DNA from: Lama glama
Lineage: Eukaryota
Direction: 5' to 3'
Assembly: GCA_028534125.1 (NCBI GenBank)
Contig: CM052816.1
Span: forward strand, 70,248,001-70,312,000
DNA: 64,000 nucleotides
Positions within the stretch are counted from its first letter, which is position 1; every line of letters begins with the position of its first letter. Below the pieces are notes generated by a model. The model was not told the DNA's origin, ran no database searches, and worked only from the letters and a program-made list of their open reading frames with translations. A program made the position numbers and the translations under genes. This document shows positions 1-13,794 of the stretch, one piece after another.

Positions 1-741
1 CTATAATATTATTCACGCCCAGGTTTTTCCCTTTCATTTTTATTTCTAGTTGTATATAGAACCCAAACTGAATTAAGGCCAGGAATGGGAGTGGGAGGGT
101 TATAAATATATTATGTTTGAAACTTCTTGCCATAGGTAGACAAGGTCAAAGTTCTTTTTAGTCAAAATGTAATTAGCTTTTCCCCTCCTTGAATCACGTG
201 TTGCTTGTGTGAACAAAAGGAGATTATACAATGAAATTAGAATCCAGTAAAAACTTACTGTTTGGGGTTTTATAAAACACGGTCGGCCAAACTTGTCAAG
301 TGACTGCCAAAGTGAGAATCTAGGTTGGTTGAAATTTGGCTTTGTTTCCTGAGCCTGAACTTAATTTTTAGGTGAATACCTGGACTGAGTCACGATGTGA
401 ATGTTCATTAGCACTTACAGGGTGTGACTGCTTTGTAACTGCACATGCACACGTGGCCTTCCAAGCTGATCCAGAGGGATGCCTCTTTGCTTCATCATGC
501 TCACCTCCCATATTTCTGAAATGAAGCTTATTACCCAGAGAGGATAAAACTCCTGGGAAAATAGTTGAAAGACTTTGAAACTACCAGCAGTCTTGGCTTA
601 TGCTATCACATGACTCTGAAAGCCTTTTGCTGATAGAGTCATAGGGCTGGAAATGATGGAAGGAGGTCACTTAGTTCATTTTCCTGCCCACGCCAGAGCC
701 ATAAATGTACACTGGTGGCCTTACTTCTTGTTAAAATGGTG

Positions 742-1860
742 TTTTTTTTTTTTGTTTTTTGTTTTTTTAATAAGAAGACACCTTCTTTTCCCCCCAGTAA
801 TCACAACTTCTGTTTACTTTTGTTTTGGTCATAGTAACTTTGTCTCAGTGTTTGCTGCAGAACAAAAAAGAGATACCAGCTACTGAATGATTAAGTTTCA
901 GTTTTCTTTTTTAACCAAGTGACCAAAAAAATTTTTTTTTGACAAATTCTGTTTCATGCATAAGCATGACAGTGTCCCCTGTTTAATTATTAGACTTTGG
1001 CAATAAAAAACAGAAACAAAAAATAAGCAGCTACTTGTAGAGAACATGCCAATGGTAAGGGTAGGCTACAGCTTTACTGTAGGATAATTTTTTTTTTTTA
1101 AGGCCTCTCTCTCTTTGGCCATATCAATAATCAGTTCAGACTATTGAATACAGACAAATTTTCAGAATCACTTCTTCACTTCTCCAAAGTCTTCGATGCT
1201 ATCATCATCCACCTTTGGCCGTTTTACCTGAATGGCATCAATTATGTCATCTGTAAAGTCTCCCTAATGATGATTTCATCCTCCCCTGCTACTGAGGCAC
1301 CACAGGAGAATTTCTGAGCAAAAACCTTTGTGCTTCTTTAAGATCAGTTTCAAAAGTTGCAAGGCCACACATTCATGTTACATATTTCTTCTTTGCTCTG
1401 GGAATTTTGGCTGTCATAACCTTTTGGGGTACAGTCTTCTGTTTTTGTTTTATTTGACCCCTCCCACTTCTCTTTTGTTTTCTCTTCTTTTCCTCTTCCC
1501 CTGCTGTTCCTTGACCCTCACTAATTCCAGCTTCTTGTTTGGGTGAATTTTCTACAGTAGGTTTTGCAAACTCATTTGGAAAATTCTTGTCAAACCATTG
1601 TCTACATTTAGCAGCATCAGGTGTGTAAGCGCAGTACTCTGTTGGTAATGAACAGACTCGGCCGTGAAGGACTTGAAGTGGGTAATCGGCATCTAACTTG
1701 TTATTGCTCCTTGGGTCTCCTTTACAGTCATGCCCATTGGAGTCACAAATGTCTGTGGCTATTTCACAAACCCAGGTGGTCGTACAGCCTCCACTCCTGC
1801 CACTGCTGCCAGCCGAAATGACACGGGCGGCTCCTCTTTCCTGGCCAGAGCCGCTGGGAG
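742..1860 (-). pseudogene. DENR: DENR (density-regulated re-initiation and release factor) processed pseudogene; CDS remnant 1168-1762
   Basis: Minus-strand translation reads (M>I)[31 protein letters not shown]...[63 protein letters not shown]...[14 protein letters not shown]. Intronless. Start ATG>ATA (1760-1762), premature TGA (1373-1375), 1-bp deletions near 1322 and 1266. GC-rich 5'UTR to ~1860; T-rich tract at 742-768 is the likely poly(A). Confidence 0.95.
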
Positions 1861-1872
1861 ATTGGGTTTCTT

Positions 1873-1990
1873 TTTTTTTTTTTTTAACATTTTTATTGAT
1901 TCATAATCATTTTACAGTGTTGTGTCAAATTCCAGTGTTCAGTACAATTTTTCAGTCATACATGGACATATACACTCATTGTCACATTTT
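1873..1990 (-). mobile_element. Very short 5'-truncated young L1 3' end with 15-bp TSD
   Basis: Poly(T) followed by L1 3'UTR-like sequence similar to 46990-47070; GAGATTGGGTTTCTT at 1858-1872 and 1991-2005. Confidence 0.85.
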
Positions 1991-4199
1991 GAGATTGGGT
2001 TTCTTGTAGAATTAATTTGTACCACTAATGAAATTAAATGGTTGAAATGATCAGATAGGATAATAGCAAACTAATGTAGTTATAAGTACACACCCACACA
2101 CGTCATACTAGTAATGGTATATTGTCACAGACGTATTTCCAAAAATCAATTTTTCAGTAATTAAAGTTTGGGGAAAAGTGTATGAAAATCTCCTGGAGCG
2201 TTTTGCCTCGTCCAAAGCTTTTGTCCTACATTAAACTATGAAAACAATCAACTTTTTACATTTTTCTCATTCATAAAAGCAATCAATTCTAGAAGAAACA
2301 AATAGAATTCATAAAAAAATTTGATGCTTCCCTAAGTTGAATTCCCTAAGTTGAATTCATAGTTTTAAAAAAAATCAACTTTCATGCTTTGCTTCTTCTA
2401 TTTCTGCCTCCAAAATATATTTTGAACAAAAAGACTCATGCAAATCAATGCAAGATTTTCTGGTCACTTGGAATGAACTGCAGACCAAAATAAACTCACA
2501 TATAAGCACTACCCACAAGAAGATAACAACTGGATTTGGGAATTAAGACATAAAGAATTAAAGAAGAAGAGTTAACATCAGACTCTTGCAGACAGCGTAT
2601 AATGAATTACTAGATAGTGATAAAGAATTGCTTAAGGTCAAAGGGGTAGAAGATCAGTCATCGTCATCTCCATCATAAAAGAGTCAGAATAGACAACCTT
2701 TAGGGACCCTTCAGGTTGTAATTAAATGATACTCGCCTATTCACAGTCAGTGTGGTGTGGCATGACCAGGCTCACTGATACTGTATTTCTCTCCTTGAAA
2801 CTACCGAGAAAAACATAAAGAAAAGGCATTTTCTTAAGGCGTTTATTGCCTTTATTGTTTATGGTCCCCTGTATGAGAGACAAACATGTAAAGATAGAAA
2901 TAATGTACAGAATTTATCTTGATGCTCTGCCTTTGTATACAGCCAACCATGAAGCCCATTCTCATTAAGAGTAAGTGCAGAGTTTTCAAGCCCCTTTAGA
3001 GGTAGCCATCTTGGCCCACCCATTTGCTTCTACCATGCTCTTAATTCTTTGTTTCATCACTGCTCACTATATCCCCCTTGCTCTAATCTTTTTAGATTTG
3101 TCTCCTATGTCTGGCTATGTGATTTCCTTTGAAGTTGGTGGCAACTTTGGCCTTTATAATTTTGACTCTGGGTAGCTTCTGGGGCATATCTGCTACTGGC
3201 TTTTGGCTCTTCTGGCTATTGAATCCTCTGTCTTGTCATCAAATCCTCCCCAGTCTCAGCACCTACAGGGCTGTATTTGGATTATATCTCAAAGGATGAA
3301 CTGAATTCACAAAAGATAAATGGAAGAACTTTCCAAACCAAGCAGCAACATATTCAAAGATAAAAAAGAAGTTGGCACATTTACTATGCTGAGATGGTAT
3401 ATTCAGATATTAAATCATCTTCAGAGGGACTTCAGTGGCTCTATATGCAATTTGACTGGCTTGAATCTTGGCAGAACCTACAAAGAGGGCTGTTAGAGTT
3501 GCTTTAATGCCAGTGCATCCCTACGCTGAGCTAACAGACATAATCTTAGTACCACAAGTCTATCTTTGTCACTAATGGCACTTTGAACAAGACTGTTCAC
3601 TTCAAAGTCTACTGTAGGTCTCTCATGATCTTTTGAGATGTTTTCTAGTTCCCCCGCCACCTTTACTGCATCTTGTCAGAGCAAAGCCTTCAATTTTCAT
3701 CCTACTTCTGAAGAATCATCTTGAAAGAACTTCAGGTTGGCATGTGCTGCATCTGTATCCTCACATGCATATTAATGCTGGATTTTCTGATCACTTGAAA
3801 TGACCTGAAGACCAGACTAACATGCAGACTCTGCCTGTAAGAATATTACAGTTGTATTTGAGAGGTATTCCTTTAGTACAAAATATTTCCCAATATCTGA
3901 CACCTACTTTCAGAACCACTGAGACACCTAGCTTCTCAGGGGAAATTTATAGCAACTTAATCCATGCCTGTTCTTTAAACAATTTTTTTTTCTTGCAGTA
4001 ATGGTGTACCCCACTCCCTACTTCCAAACCCAGTTGCTGAATGATCCCCAGATGCCTAATAAACTTTAGAAAAATCTTAACAGATCTTTCAAACTGCTTC
4101 TTATTCTTTAAAAAAGAGGTAAAAAGACACAACCAGAATGTCATACATGCCAAGGAAAGTTAGATGTCCACATCAGAGGAGAAACTTAAAATCCTAGAG

Positions 4200-4480
4200 A
4201 AAGAAATGATTGAAAGCACTAGGGATGTTATGGCTGGAGAAAAGACGGAATACAGTTGTCTTCAAATATTTGAATGTTATGTCTGAATGAGGGACTCATA
4301 CAGAGACTCATCCTGTATGTTCTCCAGGGATAGAATTAAGAACTAACATGAAAGACATAAGGAAACAGACTTCAATTTAATATAAGTAAGAAATACCTAA
4401 TAAATAGTATTGCAGAAACATTAGACAAGCTAAGTTGGGAGCTCCCTGTCACTGAAATTATAGTAAATGCTGGATTCAAA
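4200..4480 (+). mobile_element. CR1/L3 LINE 3' fragment
   Basis: Motifs 'gtcttcaaatatttgaa', 'gacttcaatttaatataagtaagaa', 'gagctccctgtcactgaa' typical of L3 3' ends. Confidence 0.7.
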
Positions 4481-4569
4481 CATGCAGGGAGGTGAAGAGT
4501 TGGGGTGGGTCTTTTCTATAAGAGCAAATTATTACTCTATAACAATCTGCCATAGATTCAGGCTTAATT

Positions 4570-5950
4570 TACTTATTCACTTAAAACAAATCTTTGAGTG
4601 TTTTATTATACTCCTGCCATAGTGTGAGAATCTAGGAATTTAGAAGTACATGAATCATAGTTCCTGACTTCAAGAAGCTTTCAATCTAGTGGGAGAAACA
4701 CATGACAATTGAGACAGATATACAAACAAATGCAAGGCAGTATCATCAGATTGTAACTGATGTTTGACTATCTGTCTCTCTCACTGGGAGCTAAGCTTCT
4801 CAAAGGCAGATTTATTCTCTGTTTTGCTCACCATTGTACCTCTAGCACCTAGTACAGTGCCTGACACATACTAGGCACTCAGTACATTTTCTTGGCTGAG
4901 TTCATTGAATAATACAGTGCCTATTATGCTTATGATTAATCTAATGGAGTACTAAGGAGGGAATGTTTAATGTTATTTGACAAGATGGTAAGTAGAGTTC
5001 AGGGAGGAGGTGATTCTCCTCCATCTCTAAGCTCAGAGCAAGAATGTGATGTGAGATAGAGGAGGAGTTCATGATTAGGAAGAGGGGGCATCTAAACTTG
5101 TTCAAGGGCAAGGATATGAAACTGCATTGTACATTCTGAGATGTACAAGCAGTTTCACATTGTTAGAGCATGTGGCTTAGGGCAGTGAGTGGTAGGAGGT
5201 AAGTCTAAAAAGGCTGAAGGAGATTGAATCATTAGGTACATTTTATCTATCAGAGATAGTTAATGAATAGGGTAATATGATCGGATTTTGCTTTCAAAGG
5301 AAAACTCTGGCAGCAGTGCAGAGGACATAGAAAGGCAGATTAAGTCCAAAGGGGAGATATAGTAGGCTCCTAGGAAAGAGATGAGAAGTGTCTAGAATAG
5401 TGGCAGCAAAGACAGAGGGATAGAGATAAATTTGAGATATTCAAGGGGCATAATTTATTGGACTTTGTAATGATGGGATGTGGATGGGGGTGTGGTAAGG
5501 CTGGCTATGTGGCTATGGTGAGGAGTAAGAGCACAACATCTATGGTAGTGAGTCATGGCAACATAACAGATATACTATATGGAAATACAGGAGATGGAGG
5601 ATTGGGGACCCTGTGGCTTGTTGGAGAGAGTCTAATAGTGGGCATTTGATTTTTATGGAATAATGGTCTGAGCAGAGAACATACATTGTAAATCATCTAC
5701 ATATACCAAGGTGAAGTGAGTGTGGATAAAGTCACCAAAGGAGAGTGTGCAAGGTAAAGTAAGGAGAGAAATGAGGAAAGCAGCTGAGAAACATGAATGT
5801 TGAGGTCGTTGAAGCTTATTACCATGTAGGATATGGCACCAGTACGAATCTCATTTGTTAGCAGGGAAATCATTAGAATTTGGCATTGAAACATGAGATA
5901 GGATACATTCACAAAGAGATATTTAGTTTTGATTGACAATATTTATCATT
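4570..5950 (-). mobile_element. L2 LINE fragment (minus) with a nested plus-strand L2 3' end at ~4745-4905
   Basis: 'ttattcacttaaaacaaatctttgagtg...aagctttcaatctagtgggaga' (L2 3' end, minus), interrupted by 'tagcacctagtacagtgcctgacacatactaggcactcagt', then purine-rich L2 body resumes. Confidence 0.7.
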
Positions 5951-8006
5951 AATAATGCCACCAGTAAAGGTGAAGCATAATTACAAAGTGATGTCAAATG
6001 GACGAATGGTAACATTTTAGAAAGATCTTTCATGGGAAACCCTGAAGAGCCGCATTCTTAATTTACAAAATAGCAGTAAGATCCAAAGTAGAGATAATGA
6101 GCTATTCAGGGAAAAGTTCAGATGAAGAATGTGCTAAATCATGTTTTGCTATTTTTTCCAAATTCTCGCATTCTGACTTCAGTACATATATTGCCATATT
6201 TTCTTTTTTTAGGCCGTTCTTTCTCCATAGAGCTATGGGTCCCCAAAGTTTATGTTCTCACTCTAGGCTGGAGATGATGACAGTCAGAAATTGATAGATA
6301 AGGTCAATTTACTTAGTTTGCAAGGGCAAAGAGTGAGGTTAAACTTGAGTGTGCTCTAAAATGGACATCATCTGGTAATAAGATGCCTCACTGCCGAACT
6401 TCATGAGTCCCCAAAGCTCTCTCTGGTGTACAGGGCATTCCTTGGTTGTCTCTAATTCTTACATAAAAACACACACACAAATAATATGGAAATGTACTCA
6501 TTTCTTTTTTTCTAATATACGTAAGTTTTTTGCTTCTTTATTGGCAGCTGGTTGGCCTCCTGAGACATAGTTCTGGACAATATCCAGAAACAAGTTTAGC
6601 GCCTAAGGAGGAACATTGTGAAATCAGTAAGAAAGCAACCTTGCTGATCCAAATGAGCAAAATAGTTCTTTGGTTGGTGAGTGCTCCAAGCAAAAATGCT
6701 TAAAAAATCCTTAGAGTTCTACTTTTCACCTGACACAAGGTGAGTTAAATTTCATTGCTGTTGAGTTTTGGGTCACGATTGGGTGAAAGTGTTGCTCACT
6801 ATAGAGCAACGTGGTCATTTCCATTGACATATGCTTTTGTTTTGCCATGAACACTAAGTGACCTCAAACACATTTTTTTCTAAAATTGTAGCAACAAGGG
6901 ACTTGAAAAAACTCATGAGACAGCTATCTCTCTTGGCTCCTGAAAAGGCTCCTTCTTAATTGCCCCAAGAAGAATGAAATGATGTTACTGATCCCATTTC
7001 TCAGGAATGATAAGTGAATAGCTTCAGCAATAAATGCAAGAATAGATACTGGCTAAGAAAGCTTTCAGAGTTTTATTTTTGCCTTATATGTTTATCATGG
7101 ATTCAACCAATTAAAAGCTGAACCAAACTAGAGCTCAAAACATCAGTTTTTAATGTTGCAAGGATTTCAAATATAAAATCACTAAAGACCTTATATGCAC
7201 ATTGAACATCTCTTTCCCTCCCCAAGTTCTATGTAAGTAAAATATGTTTCTTGCATTGTACCATTAACTGTGCCAGAACATCAATTTTTCTGCTGAACAA
7301 AGTTTGGATGCTTTCATTACAACCTCCTTACAATGTAATTATGATAATTTTGAAGGAAATAAGAAGTAATCAGGAAACATTAAAAAATTACTGGCAAATA
7401 TATATGCTTAATTCTGGAATTAACCAGGATTAGATTGTGAGACAAAATGATAGAAATTACTATATCTCTTATTTGGTTATTTAGAGAGTGAAGGAATCTT
7501 TATTCCCTGCAAAAGGCAAGCAAAATCCTCTTTCTCTAATCATTAAGTAAAAGTTCTTTGTGGTGGAAGGTGGCAATGGCAGAAAGATTCAAGAATTCCT
7601 TTTGTTTATTTTTGTGTTGATTTATAGCTTACATTTTTTCCCTCAAAATGATTTGAGTTTACTAGGAGAATATGCTTGAAAGATTCAAAAGATTGTTACA
7701 GAAAACATCAAAGTATGTTACTTAGCAGTTGCATTCTGAACAAAAAAGGAACTTTTTTAATGGAATAATTTGAAGGAAAGTTTCTTTCTACCTATTTATC
7801 TACTTTGGTATTTATTTAACAAATGTTTATTGATTATGTTCTTTGCACAGTTTTAAGCACTGGGGACGAAAGTGTAAGATTGAGGTGGTTCTTCAGCTAT
7901 TTCATGTGGGAGATGAGTGGTCTTCACTTCCCTGAGAAATTGGAGAATTATTATTTGTGATCAAAGAGACACCGTAATTATCAGATATTTAGTTGTTTTC
8001 ATTAGA

Positions 8007-8175
8007 CCAGTGTTTTCCTGAACTTGGCTAATCATCAGATCATCAGAGACACCTCTGAAATGGAGATTCCTAGGCCTCATCCTGGAATCTTTCATTCGGG
8101 GCCTGGGTGGTGGGGTGGGAATCTCTAGTTTTAAAAAGGAGCCAGGTGATTTGGATACTTAGCAGAATGTAAACA
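8007..8175. mobile_element. MER5-like hAT-Charlie MITE
   Basis: 'cagtgttttcctgaacttggct...gattcctaggcctcatcc...ggtggggtgggaatctctagttttaaaaag...ccaggtgatt'. Confidence 0.65.
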
Positions 8176-8184
8176 ACATGGTAT

Positions 8185-8292
8185 GAGAGTGTAAACTTTG
8201 CCTAGGCAGGGACTATATCTTGTTTACCTTGGTGTTTAGTGCAGAATAGTGCTGGGCACATAAGAGGCACTCAGTAAATGTTTGCTAAACAC
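8185..8292 (+). mobile_element. L2 3' end
   Basis: 'ggcagggactatatcttgttt...gggcacataagaggcactcagtaaatgtttgct'. Confidence 0.65.
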
Positions 8293-10109
8293 AGTAGTAG
8301 CCACCTCCACAAATAGCCTTTCTGGAAGGACTCATTTTTGCTATAGTTCTAACTTCATTGCTGTCTGTGCTCTTCATCCCTTGATGCTTTTCCCGTGTGA
8401 TGTAAGCAGGGTGTAAACACTTCTCTCTGCTCACCATGTCTTAGCATCCTCATGTCATTTTGATCAACAGCACCAGTTTGAATAGAACATTAATTACCTA
8501 GCAGGATATTACTCATGTCTTTTGGCCTTCAACTAGAGGATCTTTATGTAGCAAATCAGTGTCTACAGAGCTGGGTGTAGATTGGTATTAATAATATTGT
8601 AACTTCTGTTTGTGTAAGATCCTTCTCTCAGGACTGAAATCCTTTTTCAGACATTATTTAGCAAGTACAATCCATTCATCCCTCTGTAGGTGTGTATGTT
8701 GTCTTAAGGATGCCTTACACATGAGTCTAGTTGATGGGACCACCAAGAATTTAGTGGCAGTGATTCTTCCACCTGGCTGCTGGGCCTCAGGGTGCTTGAA
8801 AAAGGTGTGTCTCAACAAGCAAAGGCATCTCCCCTTCAGACAGGCAATAGTTTGACACTTAGTTTATAACTAGGTGTTACCTTAGCTGGAGGGGTTAAAC
8901 AGGGTTGGGGCAGGCCAAGGGAGGAGTGTCTTGGCAAAGAAGACATGGTCGATGGTAAAGGCTTGTGACAGACTGACCTGAATCTCATATGGGAGGACAG
9001 GAAGAATCTGATCCAACAGGTCGGAACTGACAACTGGTAGAAAGTGAAGTTGAAGACTGGCAAGCTGAAGAGATTTCCCCGAGGTCACTGACTGGTTGAC
9101 ACAACCATGGATAAAATTGAACTTTGACCTAAAATCCAGTCACCAAACCACATCCTGTAGAGGGAATTCTCCACATCCTCAAAGGTCTAATCAGTGAACC
9201 TGTCTGGGCAAGGCTAACTGAAAGTTAGTTCTCTGAGAAGTTCCCCCCTCACCCCCACCCCCCACCGCCACCTCACCATTGAGCCCCAGATTCTCAGAGA
9301 AAAATTCCTGAGTTTATTCATCCCATCACTTCTTGGAACATATATATATATGGAAGAACATGTCTTAGTCAAGATGAATTTCCATAGACAGTTATCAAGC
9401 ACTAAGGCTTTTCCTGACAAGGCATATATTTCTATGCTGTTGGTTGGTAACCGATACCAGCTAGCATCAGATGATATTACATCAAATTTCTCTTCATTTG
9501 TGGCTTGACTTTTCCATATTCTGAGAAGACAGGTATGAATCACAGGTATTCAAGCTATCTAACAGGTTCCCAGTATTTGCCAATCTCTGCAGTAACTTGA
9601 AATTTTCCCAGTTGGCTTCTAGCCAGTTGCCCTGTAGGCAATAGAAGCTGCTTATGGAAACCCAGTGTGTGCAGATTACTTCCAGGATCTTTGAACCCCA
9701 CGGATGGTAATGCTTTATGGAGTAAAGAATACTAAGGAGATGTTTAGTCCTTTACCCCACAACTCTTGCCTTCCCTTAGCTGTGAATCTTACTCAATATT
9801 TTGATTGAACTCATTAACCTCACCCCTATTAAGGCTGTGGCTTGTGGAGTGAGAATTAGCTTCTCAGAGACTTTATAATTTTCCCTCCAGAATCAGAAAT
9901 CTAATGACATAAGCATTGAAGAGAATTTTTCTAGAATGGATAGTGGGAAGTCTCATTTTCAGTATAAGGGGAGAGTCAAGTGCTGCATGTAACAATCCCA
10001 TGTATTTTTTTTTTTTGACTCATTATGTGATATTGTACAAGTTCTTTTTCTCCTTTCCCTGGTCTCAGATAAACCTTAGGAAAAGCCTACTATGGAGTCC
10101 AGTGAAGCT

Positions 10110-10300
10110 GCATTTGTTAAGTAACTTTCTAAGAGCAGGAAATTTATTCCACATCCTCTGTAGGATAGGTATTTTCACTGCTATTTTATCACAAAAACTA
10201 AGCCTGACAGAGGTTAAAAAATGTTATAAGATCACACGGTTATCAGGAGGCAGTCAGTGCTAGGACTTAAATCTGTGTCTGCCTATCTTCAGAACCCAAG
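10110..10300 (-). mobile_element. MIR SINE
   Basis: 'ggataggtattttcactgctattttatcacaaaaactaagcctgacagaggttaaaa...aagatcacacgg' MIR core. Confidence 0.65.
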
Positions 10301-11109
10301 CAGCACAACTCAGAAAAGGAAGTTAGGGAAATAAATGAGGAGTTGAAAGACCATAGTTTTTGGCTTGGCTTCACAACCAAGTGTGTGGATTTATGAAATT
10401 TTGTTCTTTCCAGTATCTATCCCTATCTGCACACAGCTTGCTCTTATTTTATTCCACAGTTAAAAATGTGAGAGGCCTATTGACAGCTCTGGTAGCAAAG
10501 TTTCAACCACAATGAGAAATCCAAGAGTGTGGAAGAAAACTCAACACAGCCATATTTAGTTACAGAAGACAGAGACAAAGAGGTTTGACACAGAGGACAT
10601 TCTCTGAAAGTGAATGTTTAGGTAACTGCCCAGCTGGCCCTTGCATTTTGTCTTCTGAACTCCTGTGTTTAGTGGTTGAGTGTAGTTCTGAGGGTTGTTC
10701 TGTTTCTCTAAAGCCTTTAGAGAATTTCCAGGCCTGCCTCAGTGGAGTAAAACAGTGGTTAATTAAAGAACTGCTGGTGGCCCCTTTTAAGGTTTTCTAA
10801 ACTATCAGTGTTCTGGGAGCTAGGGTAAAGTGCTCAAGAAATTTGAGTTTTCACCTTTGAAGAAATGTGTGACCTGAAAATATAAACTTTATGAAAAAAA
10901 TAAATCAGAAAAGTCACTGTATGTTAGGCTTTTTGAATAAAAGAGTGATTTCTGATTTTCATTTCACTTGGAATGTTTTCTAGTGCACTCAAAATAGGAT
11001 TTAACTTTCAAAAACTTGTTTTTCACACAGCTTTAATGGGCCGTACCTGTCTTCTGCAGCATCTCACAGTGGCCAGTGTCCTATGTTGTCTGTCAGAAGA
11101 TTTACATTT

Positions 11110-11255
11110 TTGTCTTGGCTCTCCTGTTAGCTGGCTGTTTGTCCTTAAGCAAGTCACCTAACCTTTCTGAGTTTCGTGGTCATTATTTGTTAATAAGGGC
11201 ATTGGAGTCTTTGAGATCTTACAGCCTTTGCCAGATCTACACCCTGTGATCTTAT
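11110..11255 (+). mobile_element. MIR SINE
   Basis: 'cttggctctcctgttagctggctgtttgtccttaagcaagtcacctaacctttctgagtttcgtggtc'. Confidence 0.6.
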
Positions 11256-12019
11256 TTATGGTGTGCCATTTGGTTTCTGGTTTAAAAAAAAAAATCCCTA
11301 AATTAATGATTTACCTATAAGATTATAATATGTCATATTTATAATTACTATTAATAATTCCTTGTTAATTGTTTTCTAGAATGCTATAATATAAATTTAT
11401 TAGTCATTGGGAAGAGCTCAGGAAATAGAACCTCATGTACACATTTTTATTTAAGGGGAAGAGTGTGCAGTTCCAAGTATTTTATAAAGAATCACATGTC
11501 AAACTTCTCTGCTAAGCTGTTTAACCCACACAAAAAGGTACATGGGCTGTGGGAAGCTGGGAGTGACTTTAATTTTATTCAGGAACAAACATTTTATTTC
11601 ACAATATTTTAGTGTTAGAATTGTGATCATGTCTTTGTTCTCCTCTTCCTTCTTTTCTGGCCATAAAGCAGACCTGTTGTTTTACATAGCAAGGGTGTTG
11701 ATGATGTTTGAAAGGAAAACAATCTGATTTTTGAGCAGATTGTTTTTTATGGGTCAGCACTTTTGTGACTGTAACAGACTGTGACTGATTAAGACAAATG
11801 GTTGTTAGATGACTTGAAGGAAGGAGAGGTTCATTCAGTGAGCAACTAGAGAGGGTAATAATTCTGGCTTTTGAGAGCTGCCGGGAGTCTCTAGCCATCA
11901 AACACAAATTCTAGCTATAGATACTGAAGCTTGGTGATACCGAGTCTCATTTGGAAAACTTTTTTCTTATACTGGGACCTGTTAGATTTTCAGTTGAAAA
12001 GAAGGACTACTGAAGATAC

Positions 12020-12421
12020 TGTAATGAAAGGCAGTTCTGATAAGACTAATGAGACGTGATAACTAAATGCAAGTCATGATCTTAGGTTGAATTCTGGACT
12101 GAAACGCAATTGTGTAAAGAATGTCACTGGGACAAATGGCAAAATTGGATTGATGGCTCTTGATTAGAAAATAAAATAATACATTTCCTGATTTTAGTTA
12201 TTATACTGTGGTTATGTCAGAGAATGCTTTTATTCTTAGGAAGTATACATGAAAGTATTTAGGAGGAAAGGAGCATGATGTGTGCAAATTATTCTTAAAC
12301 AGTTCATAAAAAATAACATACATAGGCACATATGGAGATAGTAACTGATAAAGCAATTTTGCTTGCAACTTTTTTTGTAAGTTTGAAAATAAAAGGTTAC
12401 CAAAACAAAACAAAAAAAAAC
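12020..12421 (+). mobile_element. Old L1 (L1MC/L1ME-type) 3' end
   Basis: 'taactaaatgcaagtcatgatctt...ttcctgattttagttattatactgtggttatgt...gtatttagg', then AATAAA and an A-rich tail. Confidence 0.75.
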
Positions 12422-13794
12422 AACCCTGCCTGATTTTACAGAATTAGGGGAAAATGTTAACAAGTTCATCACATTCTCTTTGGCCAGAACCAGCAAGCTG
12501 GTGAACTTCTAAAGTAGACTTTCAAGGATTTAGTTGAAAATAAAAGCCTTAAGCTTATTGGTACCATGAAACCATAAGCCTTGCCCTCTCTCCTTACTCA
12601 ACATCGCAACCTGTTCTTTTGTATCATTATCCTTTGTCCTGGATCAGTCTGGGTAAGAGCTTGAGTTAATCAGTTCCACTCCTTCAGAGTCTTTCTAATA
12701 CTCTGACCTAAGTCAGAAGAAATATGTGTAAAATCTCCCCAGGAATTGGGGAAGACTTCAGTATTTTTCAGTTACTGGGCCTTTTTTGTTGTAAGCCAAG
12801 GACTGTAGATTATATTTCACTTCTCTCTCCATAGCTTAGTCTCTTCTCCCTTTTCTCACTATAAAGGGAAAAGCTGAAATCCTGGCTTTTGTGAAGCCAT
12901 TTTTTTGTATATGGGTGTGGGTGCAGTTTCAGCCACCCCAATCACCAGGAACAATAGTGCACAATTAATACTGTGCAACAATCTGTTGCCCTCCCAAAGG
13001 TCAAATTAAAATTGGCACAACTAATCCAGTTCTCCCCTCAGGGAAAGGCAGGTTGCTTGGGGAAGGCATTGGTGGGCTATAGAAAGAGGGCAGCCTGTTT
13101 GGGTCTTTTATTTTAATGGAAGTATTTGTTTTTACATGTGGCTTTTCATTGCTCCTGGAGTATTAACAACATAATGCTGAAGATGCCAGTCTCATATTTG
13201 CAATTCCCACCCAAAGAGCTACCTTTGATCTCATCTGGAGTTCATATTCTGGGAGTCTTGGGGAATAAAAGTCTTTTCTTGCTACTTCATGGCTGTAAAA
13301 GCATGTCTGATTTGGGGGCTTCATATAAGCTGCCTGTGAAATAGAGGCTGCTTTGAAGGAATCTGGTCAGCTGTAACATTCCTGGAGGAGCAGGGCGTTC
13401 AGAGAATGCGGTTCTTCTTCGAAACAAAGATCCTCATCAGAGTTGTGAGGCTGAGGGAGGTTAGAAGGATACTTTTGCCTTCAGGGTGTCCCATCTCAGC
13501 CTCTGGGTACCAGTCTGGGCAGGTTACTAGTCTGAGCAGACTATGCTTTAGTTGACACCTTCAGGATGAACAGACAGGGAGAAACTTGTAGTCATTTTTC
13601 TTGGCAGAAGCCACAACCCAGCCCAAGTTAATTATGTCTGAGAAGAAGAATAGTGTCTGGGCACCTGCAATTTTCAATTTGGTACCTCATTTTCGAGTGC
13701 CAAGTATTCTATCAAGCCATTCACATGTGTCGTCATAAAGTCCCTTCCTGGTTTCACATCAGACAATGGGAACACTGAGTTTAGAAACTTCTGT

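Noticed and set aside
380..460. AP-1 (TGAGTCA) and E-box (CACGTG) motifs as an enhancer
   Set aside because: Short motifs expected by chance; no conservation data available
2328..2358. 14-bp tandem duplication (TTCCCTAAGTTGAA)x2
   Set aside because: Ordinary slippage duplication; not an array or CRISPR
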